Source of the DNA: Candidatus Iainarchaeum sp.
Lineage (GTDB): Archaea; Iainarchaeota; Iainarchaeia; Iainarchaeales; 0-14-0-20-34-12
Reading direction: 5' to 3'
Length of the DNA stretch: 32,000 nucleotides
NCBI GenBank assembly: GCA_030649345.1
Contig: JAUSKK010000051.1
Coordinates: 1,249-33,248 of the forward strand
Position numbers and translations under genes: made by a program. The notes under the pieces are model-generated. The model saw only the letters and a list, made by a program, of their open reading frames with translations. It made no database searches and had not been told where the DNA came from. This document shows, piece by piece, positions 25,801-32,000 of this stretch. Position 1 is the first letter of the stretch. Every line of letters begins with the position of its first letter.

Positions 25801-26549
25801 CTTGGCGTGTCGTAAAACTAGAAGAACATTCAGCTGAATTAAATATGGCAATCGATGAAGCTGTTTGTGAATTTGTTGCAAACGGAAAATCTAAAGCAAC
25901 TATTCGTTTCTATAAATGGAAACCGAGTGCAGTCAGTATTGGATATTTTCAAAGCTTAGAAGATGAGGTTGACGTACGATTATGCAAAGATTTAGGATTT
26001 GATTTTGTTCGAAGAAGAACTGGCGGCGGAGCAGTCTATCATGACGCTAAAGGAGAAATAACATACAGTGTAATTGCTCCTGAAAAAATTTTCCCAAAAG
26101 GAATTACGGAAAGTTATCATGTAATTTGCGGATGGATTGTGGATTCATTAAACGAGCTGGGAATCACTGCAGAGTTTAAGCCTATTAATGACATTATTAC
26201 ACATGGAAAAAAGATTTCTGGAAATGCTCAAACAAGAAGAAACGGAGTACTATTACAGCACGGTACTATCTTGTATGATTTAGATGTAGAAACCATGTTT
26301 CGCTTGTTAAAAGTTCCTAAAGAAAAAATCTCCGATAAAATGATCTCCGATGTCAAACAAAGAGTCACTAGTATTCGAGATATTAAAGGAGATTCTGTTT
26401 CTGAAATGAATGTTGCAGCTGCATTGGAAAAAGGATTCACAAATGGGAAAGAATTTGAGTATGGGAAATGGACCAAAGAAGAACTTGTACGAGCACATGA
26501 ATTGGTTAAAGAAAGATATTCTAAACAAGAATGGAATTTCATGCGATAA
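25797..26549 (+). CDS. lplA: Lipoate-protein ligase A catalytic (N-terminal domain) subunit
   Basis: NMAIDEA, IRFYKW.PSAVSIGYFQ, RRRTGGGAVYHD, and KISGNAQ with the lipoyl-AMP-binding Lys. 250 aa, so the C-terminal domain is absent. Confidence 0.85.
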   Translation: MTWRVVKLEEHSAELNMAIDEAVCEFVANGKSKATIRFYKWKPSAVSIGYFQSLEDEVDVRLCKDLGFDFVRRRTGGGAVYHDAKGEITYSVIAPEKIFPKGITESYHVICGWIVDSLNELGITAEFKPINDIITHGKKISGNAQTRRNGVLLQHGTILYDLDVETMFRLLKVPKEKISDKMISDVKQRVTSIRDIKGDSVSEMNVAAALEKGFTNGKEFEYGKWTKEELVRAHELVKERYSKQEWNFMR

Positions 26550-26590
26550 ATACTGAAAAGCTTTTAAAGAACAAAACAAAGAATACTTGT

Positions 26591-26902
26591 ATGCCTTTAC
26601 CTATTAAACGAAGACCTAAATTGCGAGTTGTTCAATTTCATGAAATGGATCGAGAACAAGCTAGAGCTGATTTGCGCAGACGAATTGATTTAATGAATCA
26701 AGTAGGCAAACATTTATTGCCGGAAGTTCGGTTAGTGAATGCATTAACTGAACTTAGGATAGGCAATTTGGATCCTCAAGTGATTGCTGCTTTACGATCT
26801 CTTGCAAAAAATGGAACACGAAATCAGCAAGCAAGAGCACGAAAGGCATTGGGTAAATTTAAACTAGGCAAAAGACAAGTTTCCAAAGAAGGACATGCTT
26901 AA
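26591..26902 (+). CDS. Small orphan protein: basic leader plus HEAT-like repeat
   Basis: I place the start at Met21 of ORF 26531..26902, which avoids overlap with lplA. N-terminus MPLPIKRRPKLRVV. EVRLVNALTELRIGNLDPQVIAALRSLAKNGTRNQQARARKALGKF resembles PBS-lyase-type HEAT repeats. Confidence 0.5.
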   Translation: MPLPIKRRPKLRVVQFHEMDREQARADLRRRIDLMNQVGKHLLPEVRLVNALTELRIGNLDPQVIAALRSLAKNGTRNQQARARKALGKFKLGKRQVSKEGHA

Positions 26903-26939
26903 GGAAAATCATTTATTCTTGTTCTAACCTAAACTAGAT

Positions 26940-27698
26940 ATGCCTAAACATGGAGTCATTTCAAGTTTACGGAGAAAAAAACCAGGTGAACGTGGATATG
27001 AGCACACGGTTAAATTAAGAAAACAATTAAAAGAAGATTTACGGTTGGCACGTAGATTGCATAATCCAAACAATGAGTCATACGGCCAGCTTGGAACAAA
27101 CTATAGGCGTCTTAGGCTAATGTTCAAAGCACATTTTGAAGAATTTTTAGCAAGAAAAAAAAGGCAAGTCAGAGAAGAACGAACACATAATTCAAATGCC
27201 AAACTCAGATGGCTGGATATTGGCCCAGGTTTACCGGAAAATTTTTTGTCTGATTTTGATAAAATAGATCCATCCAGACTATTGGTTGAATTTCATACTT
27301 TAGGCCCTCAAGCAGTTAATCCCAAACGAAAACCTGAAATGCGAATGCGGGAAATTAAATTAAGCGAAGGGAGAACAGAACAAATTCGGAGACACGAATT
27401 AAATCCAGACTATAATCCATTGTTTACTCATCACGTAGGCGCTATTGAAACCTATGATCCCAGAAAACTGGGCGGAAAATTTGATTGTATTGTGTCAACC
27501 GGAACTCTTTTTTATGGAAAACAAATTACCGAAGTTCTTCCCAAAATTTGCGATTTATTAAATCATCAAGGCCGTGCATTTTTACAAGTTGGATTTGATG
27601 TTCCTGCTTTGATTGAATTTTTAAGAACTAACCTTCCAGTAAATTATGAATTACGGCAATTTAATAAAACTTTTTTAATGATTGAACGAGTTCACTAA
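26940..27698 (+). CDS. Orphan class I methyltransferase-like protein with basic N-terminal leader (paralogue 1)
   Basis: LDIGPGL (motif I, as in KsgA/Erm EIGPGLG), FHTLGPQ (beta-2), HHVGAIETYDPRKLGGKFDCIVS (motif II region), LLNHQGRAFLQV (LLKPGG-like). Collinear with 29192..30013. Confidence 0.6.
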   Translation: MPKHGVISSLRRKKPGERGYEHTVKLRKQLKEDLRLARRLHNPNNESYGQLGTNYRRLRLMFKAHFEEFLARKKRQVREERTHNSNAKLRWLDIGPGLPENFLSDFDKIDPSRLLVEFHTLGPQAVNPKRKPEMRMREIKLSEGRTEQIRRHELNPDYNPLFTHHVGAIETYDPRKLGGKFDCIVSTGTLFYGKQITEVLPKICDLLNHQGRAFLQVGFDVPALIEFLRTNLPVNYELRQFNKTFLMIERVH

Positions 27699-27701
27699 GT
27701 A

Positions 27702-29129
27702 TTAGTGTTTCTTTTTGCCTTGGTGTACACATTTGCCTAAAGCATCTTCTGCTGCTTCCATAATGGCTTCCGGCATGGTTGGATGCGGATGAATTACTGA
27801 AGCTAAATCTTCTAATTGGGCAGCCATTTCAATAGCTAAAGCACATTCACTAATTAAGTCTGAAGCATGTTCGCCTACAATTTGGATTCCTAAAACAATT
27901 TGAGATTCTTGGTCAGCAACAATTTTTACAAAACCTTCTGTTTTATTCATGGTTAAAGCTCGACCTAAAGCTTTGAATGGAAACTTTCCAATAACTACAG
28001 TATATCCTTGCGCTTTGGCTTCATGTTCTTGCAATCCAACATAAGCAATTTCTGGATCTGTAAATACTACGGCTGGAACCACGTGATTATCAAAAGCAAC
28101 ATTATGGCCGGCAATCACTTCAGCTGCAATCTTTGCTTGCCTGGAAGCTTTATGCGCTAACATTGGATTTCCTGTAATGTCTCCAATGGCAAAAATTCGA
28201 TTATCGGTTGTTCTGCATTGTTCATTAATTATCATAAAACCTTTTTCATCCAATTGAACTTTAGTGGTGTCTAATTGAAGTCCTTCCGAGTAAGGTTTTC
28301 TTCCAACTGCAACCAAAACTTTTTCAACTTCGATTGAAAATTTTTCTCCTTTATTTTTTGGATTCACCGACAAAATAACTGAGTTGTCTTTTTTTTCACA
28401 TCCTTCAACAGCGGATTGTAGTAAAATTTTAACTCCATATTTTTCGAGTTGCTTTTGTAATGGCACAATTAATTCAGGGTCTGTACCCGGCAATAACTGG
28501 TCTCCTAATTCAATGATTGTAACTTTGCATCCAAGTTTAGCGTATACAATTCCTAATTCTAATCCAATGTATCCTCCGCCGACTACTGCCAAAGATTCTG
28601 GAGCATCGCGTAAAGCCAAAGCGCCTGTTGAACTTAAAATTTGGCGTTCATCAAATTTCATGAAAGGCAATTCAACTGGTTTAGAACCAGTGGCAATAAT
28701 ACAGTAATCAAATTCTACAGTTGCTACATTTTTGTCATTCGGAATTCCAAGAGTACGAGAATCTTTAAAGAATGCTTTTCCTTTCAATATTTCCACACCA
28801 TAATTTTTGCATAAAAAAGCAATTCCTTCAACCAATTTTTTGACTACATCTTTTTTCCAAGACTGCATTTTTTCAGTATCCAAAGAAACAGCTTGAGCAC
28901 TAATTCCAAAGAGTTGACTTTCTTCAATATTTCGAAAAAATGAGCTTGCGTGAATTAATGCTTTGCTGGGAATGCAGCCAACATTCAAACAAACTCCGCC
29001 CAATTCTGTGTCTTCAATTAAAATTACCGATTTACCTAATTGTGCTGCGCGTAAAGCTGCTACATATCCACCTGGGCCGGAGCCAATAATGGCTACATCG
29101 TATTTGACTGCAATATCACCCATCACCAT
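27702..29129 (-). CDS. lpdA: Dihydrolipoamide dehydrogenase (E3)
   Basis: DVAIIGSGPGGY, redox disulfide GGVCLNVGCIPSKAL, second dinucleotide fold VVGGGYIGLE, C-terminal interface HPHPTMPEA. Confidence 0.9.
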   Translation of the reverse strand: MVMGDIAVKYDVAIIGSGPGGYVAALRAAQLGKSVILIEDTELGGVCLNVGCIPSKALIHASSFFRNIEESQLFGISAQAVSLDTEKMQSWKKDVVKKLVEGIAFLCKNYGVEILKGKAFFKDSRTLGIPNDKNVATVEFDYCIIATGSKPVELPFMKFDERQILSSTGALALRDAPESLAVVGGGYIGLELGIVYAKLGCKVTIIELGDQLLPGTDPELIVPLQKQLEKYGVKILLQSAVEGCEKKDNSVILSVNPKNKGEKFSIEVEKVLVAVGRKPYSEGLQLDTTKVQLDEKGFMIINEQCRTTDNRIFAIGDITGNPMLAHKASRQAKIAAEVIAGHNVAFDNHVVPAVVFTDPEIAYVGLQEHEAKAQGYTVVIGKFPFKALGRALTMNKTEGFVKIVADQESQIVLGIQIVGEHASDLISECALAIEMAAQLEDLASVIHPHPTMPEAIMEAAEDALGKCVHQGKKKH

Positions 29130-29191
29130 GTTACATCACAATAAGTAATGTATATTATAAAGTTTGAATTTAAAATAGTAATTGATTGATT

Positions 29192-30013
29192 ATGCTCAAA
29201 AGACCTAGAATTCGACAGCCTGTGAATAAACGAATTGAAAAACAAAGAAAACGCGGAGTAATTCCAAGTTTGTATGGATTTTTTGACCGAAAATATTCAC
29301 ATTTAATTGATTCACCGCGAAAAAGATTGAAGGACAGTATTCGAATGGCCCGCAAACATCAAATGCCTACAGGCACGTATTACAGCACGGTTGGCGGACA
29401 TTATGCAAATATGGATCACTATTTTGGAAAACTATTTGAAAGCTTTATTCAAGGACAAATTAAATTAACTCAAGCACAAGGACTTAAGCCTGTGCGAATT
29501 TTAGATATTGGTCCAGGACTAACAGAACGTTTTATGCATGGCTTGCGTAGATTGGATCCAACTTTAAAGCATATGCAAATTCACACCATTTCTCCGGAGC
29601 AAATTAATCCAAAAACAAGAAGAACGCAAAATGTTCAAAGAGTTTTGACTTTAAGCAGTGGAGAAAGATTACCTGTCTTTGAACAAGAACCCAATCCAAA
29701 CTACGAAAAAAGATTAAGACACCATGTTCAAGCGATTGAAACAATTAATCCTAAAAAATTCAAACGAAAATTTGATGTAATTGTTTCAGTTTGGGGAGGT
29801 ACACGATATGCTATTGAACCAGTAACTGAAACTATTATTAAAGTCGCACGATTATTGAATCCGAAAGGCAAAGCATTTTTGCATACAGCTACATTGCGTC
29901 CTGCTGATTTAGAAATATTGGAAAAAGAATTGGGAAAAAATTATGACATAAAAATAACAGATGGATCGAGAAAAACATTTGCTACGGCAATTATTATTAC
30001 ACGAAAAAGATGA
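29192..30013 (+). CDS. Orphan class I methyltransferase-like protein with basic N-terminal leader (paralogue 2)
   Basis: The ORF opens at TTG 29186, and ATG 29192 gives MLKRPRIRQPVNKRIEKQRKRG. LDIGPGL, IHTISPEQ, HHVQAIETINPKKFKRKFDVIVS and LLNPKGKAFLHT are collinear with 26940..27698. Confidence 0.6.
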   Translation: MLKRPRIRQPVNKRIEKQRKRGVIPSLYGFFDRKYSHLIDSPRKRLKDSIRMARKHQMPTGTYYSTVGGHYANMDHYFGKLFESFIQGQIKLTQAQGLKPVRILDIGPGLTERFMHGLRRLDPTLKHMQIHTISPEQINPKTRRTQNVQRVLTLSSGERLPVFEQEPNPNYEKRLRHHVQAIETINPKKFKRKFDVIVSVWGGTRYAIEPVTETIIKVARLLNPKGKAFLHTATLRPADLEILEKELGKNYDIKITDGSRKTFATAIIITRKR

Positions 30014-30057
30014 TAAATTCAAAATGTTACGAAAAAGAATTACTGGAAAAAATAATC

Positions 30058-31335
30058 TTAAATTACGTCAACCAGCATTAGCCCAGGATCTTGCAAATAT
30101 TTAATGACGTCATTCAAGAAACGTGCTGCTTCTGCTCCGTCAATAATTCTGTGATCAAAGGTTACTGTCAAATTCATCATTTTGCGTACAACAATTTCGC
30201 TGTTGCGTACAACTGCTCGGTCTACAATTTTATAAATTCCTAAAATTCCAACTTCTGGATAATTCAATACAGGCGTAGCCATAATTCCGCCAGCTGAACC
30301 AATATTAGTAATTGTGAATGTTCCGCCATGCATGTCTTCTGGTTTTAGTTTTCGTTCTCTGGCTAAAGTTGCTTTTTCTTGAATTTCTTTAGCTAATTGT
30401 AAAATGCTTTTTTTGTCTGCATCTTTTAAAACAAAAACCATTAATCCTTCAGCAGTGTCTACAGCAATTCCTATATTGTAATATTTTTTCAAAACAATTT
30501 CTTTGGTTGTGTCATCTACACTGGCATTCAAAAAAGTATGATCTTTCAAGGAAGCAACCAAAGATTTGATAATAAAAGGCAAAAAAGTTAGTTTGACTCC
30601 GCGTTTTTCAGCATCTGCTTTTTGTCTTTCTCGTAAAATAACCAAGTCTGTTACATCGCATTCATCTAAATGAGTCACTTGCGGTGCAGTATACACAGAC
30701 TGAATCATATGGTCTGCAACTGCTTTTCGCACACCCTTAAATGGAATGCGTTCAACTGTTCCTTCGGTTTTTATTGCAACAGCTTTCATTTCTCTGGCTG
30801 GTTGAGTATGTGCAGTCATAGTTGTTGAGGTTGGCACAGAAGTTTTTGTTACTGGTTTTTCATTGGCTGCATTGGCTACATCTTCGTCTGTAATTCGTCC
30901 ACCTGGGCCAGTGCCTTGAATGTTTTCTAAATTAACATTTAATTCGCGTGCCAGTTTTCTTGTAGCTGGAGTTGCTAAAATTCTTCCAATCGATACAGTT
31001 GATTGTGCTTGTTGGACTGGCATAGGTGCAGTTTGTTTAATTGGTTGAGACTGAACATGAACTTGTGATTGTGCAGGTGTTGTTGGAACTTTTTCTCCAG
31101 TTTCTCCAAAAGTTACAATTACATTTCCTACTGTAATAATTTCTCCAGCTTTAGCGTGTAATTTTAAAATAGTTCCAGTTTTAGGGCTAGGAATTTCTAC
31201 AACTGCTTTATCGGTTTCTACTTCAGCTAAAGGCTGGTCTTCTTTAATAGAATCTCCTTCTTGAACCATCCATTTCAGCAAAGTTCCTTCATGGATTCCT
31301 TCACCTACATCTGGAAACTTAAATTCGTAAACCAT
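30058..31335 (-). CDS. Dihydrolipoamide acyltransferase (E2) of a 2-oxoacid dehydrogenase complex
   Basis: Lipoyl domain with VETDKAVVEIPSP, a Pro/Ala/Gln-rich linker, the subunit-binding domain ATPATRKLAREL, and the catalytic motif DHRIIDGA. Confidence 0.9.
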   Translation of the reverse strand: MVYEFKFPDVGEGIHEGTLLKWMVQEGDSIKEDQPLAEVETDKAVVEIPSPKTGTILKLHAKAGEIITVGNVIVTFGETGEKVPTTPAQSQVHVQSQPIKQTAPMPVQQAQSTVSIGRILATPATRKLARELNVNLENIQGTGPGGRITDEDVANAANEKPVTKTSVPTSTTMTAHTQPAREMKAVAIKTEGTVERIPFKGVRKAVADHMIQSVYTAPQVTHLDECDVTDLVILRERQKADAEKRGVKLTFLPFIIKSLVASLKDHTFLNASVDDTTKEIVLKKYYNIGIAVDTAEGLMVFVLKDADKKSILQLAKEIQEKATLARERKLKPEDMHGGTFTITNIGSAGGIMATPVLNYPEVGILGIYKIVDRAVVRNSEIVVRKMMNLTVTFDHRIIDGAEAARFLNDVIKYLQDPGLMLVDVI

Positions 31336-31383
31336 AATAATCCTTGATACTGTTTTACTATTTTCACTAATTTATTATTTTTA

Positions 31384-32000
31384 CTAATAGTTCATTAATT
31401 CATTAATTGCTTTTCTTACTCTAAAACTATCTGGTAAATAATAATGTTCGGATTTAGCATACGGGAAAGGAACATCTAAGCCTGTGACTCTTTTAGGTGG
31501 AGCTTGCAAACTCAAGAATGCTTTTTCGTTCACCATGGCAATTAATTCTGCAGCAAATCCTGCAATTTTTTGAGCTTCGTGTACAATTAATAATCTTCCA
31601 GTTTTTTGCACAGAATCTAAAACTGTTTTTCGATCCAAAGGAGCTAAAGTTCTTAAGTCAATTAATTCAATGGAATAATTTTGATTTTTTTCTTTCAATT
31701 CTTTTAATGCATCTAAACAAACTCTTGTCATTCCACCATAAGTTACTAAAGTTAAATCTGTTCCTTCTTGAATAATTTTTGCTTGGCCAATCGGAACTGT
31801 ATACAATTCTTCCGGCACTTCTTCTTTGAATGCTCTATAATATCTTTTAGGTTCCATGTAAATAACTGGATCAGGATCTCGAATAGCAGAAACCAATAAT
31901 CCTTTAGCATCCAAGGGATTGCTGGGAATTACAACTTTTAATCCAGCTGTATGAACATAATAAGTTTCAGGTGCTTCTGAATGATGTTCTAAGGCTTTAA
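31384..32000 (-). CDS. 2-oxoacid dehydrogenase E1 beta subunit, N-terminal part beyond the window
   Basis: The frame remains open to nt 32000 (reverse strand reads ...VHTAGLKVVIPSNPLDAKGLL). Transketolase-C-like domain with PIGQAKIIQEGTDLTLVTYG. Confidence 0.85.
   Translation of the reverse strand, partial: KALEHHSEAPETYYVHTAGLKVVIPSNPLDAKGLLVSAIRDPDPVIYMEPKRYYRAFKEEVPEELYTVPIGQAKIIQEGTDLTLVTYGGMTRVCLDALKELKEKNQNYSIELIDLRTLAPLDRKTVLDSVQKTGRLLIVHEAQKIAGFAAELIAMVNEKAFLSLQAPPKRVTGLDVPFPYAKSEHYYLPDSFRVRKAINELMNY

Noticed and set aside
26531-26590. The first 20 codons of ORF 26531-26902 (MEFHAINTEKLLKNKTKNTC) as part of the protein.
   Set aside because: They overlap the 3' end of lplA. The internal Met at 26591 starts a leader (MPLPIKRRPKLRV) matching the other orphans, so the downstream start is preferred. 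The upstream start is not strictly excluded.
17362-30013. Elevated G+C in the orphan genes as evidence for horizontal acquisition.
   Set aside because: Hand counts of single 60-nt lines gave 27/60 and 31/60 in 17362-18129, 23-26/60 in 24361-25413 and 25/60 in 26940-27698, against 18/60 in tspO. A line inside the conserved lpd gene also gave 24/60. Arg/Pro-rich composition alone raises G+C. A proper windowed GC and codon-usage calculation is needed before claiming foreign origin.
630-31775. About 25 short ORFs (61-128 aa) in the six-frame track lie antisense to, or out of frame within, larger genes. Examples are 630-854(-), 3266-3563(-), 5244-5441(-), 10173-10379(+), 11624-11875(+), 12564-12996(-), 14157-14411(-), 15714-16212(-), 17576-18077, 19129-19515(+), 20636-20890(-), 22135-22401(+), 24172-24691(-), 25115-25312(-), 26228-26579(-), 28384-29355 and 31497-31775(+).
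   Set aside because: Each is fully or largely embedded in a longer ORF with clear family motifs or better coding character. Their translations are low-complexity (F/L/I/K/N-rich) as expected from the reverse strand of AT-rich coding DNA, and none has a recognisable motif.
1-32000. Search for CRISPR arrays, tRNA/rRNA genes, IS elements, integrases or terminal inverted repeats.
   Set aside because: No intergenic region exceeds about 220 nt, and all are AT-rich without cloverleaf-capable GC-rich stems. I saw no regularly spaced direct repeats and no ORF with transposase, integrase or recombinase motifs.

Overview
AT-rich (roughly one-third G+C by eye), very gene-dense prokaryotic chromosomal segment. 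It reads with the standard code: TAA, TAG and TGA all end recognisable genes, and many genes carry GGAGG/GGTGA-type ribosome-binding sites. About 30 ORFs are recognisable housekeeping or central-metabolism genes. These are carA-nudix-carB-nudix; an ATP-citrate-lyase-type citryl-CoA synthetase pair plus a separate citryl-CoA lyase; a class II fumarase; an SdhA/FrdA-type flavoprotein; and a Pyrococcus-type ferredoxin. There are also FNR-like, ThDP (acetolactate-synthase-like), aldehyde dehydrogenase, iron-sulfur-flavoprotein-like and VOC enzymes; TspO, UPF0016 and ZIP-like membrane proteins; two PIN-domain proteins; and a lipoprotein serpin. The right end holds a split lipoate-protein ligase (LplB+LplA) and E1beta-E2-E3 of a 2-oxoacid dehydrogenase complex. 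The split LplA/LplB and the ferredoxin type make an archaeon (perhaps a small-genome DPANN-like lineage) my best guess, but this window cannot prove the domain. I see no rRNA, tRNA, CRISPR array, transposase or integrase. Four things remain unexplained. (i) Seven orphan ORFs sit singly between housekeeping genes, all on the + strand, and carry an Arg/Lys/Pro-rich terminal peptide, with a recurring RP[KR][ILR]R-type core in four of them, fused to unrelated domains (methyltransferase-like, LuxR-type HTH, HEAT-like, possible JAB-like). (ii) Two of these are full-length paralogues that bracket lpd and interrupt the E2-E3 operon. (iii) A 34-nt block (31/34 identical) with a TGAAAA-N9-TTTTCA palindrome lies at the same distance upstream of the citryl-CoA synthetase operon and the fumarate reductase/succinate dehydrogenase flavoprotein gene, next to the only HTH protein in the window. 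(iv) A Nudix gene is translationally coupled between carA and carB, with a second paralogue after carB. All functional readings of the orphans are inference from short motifs read by eye.
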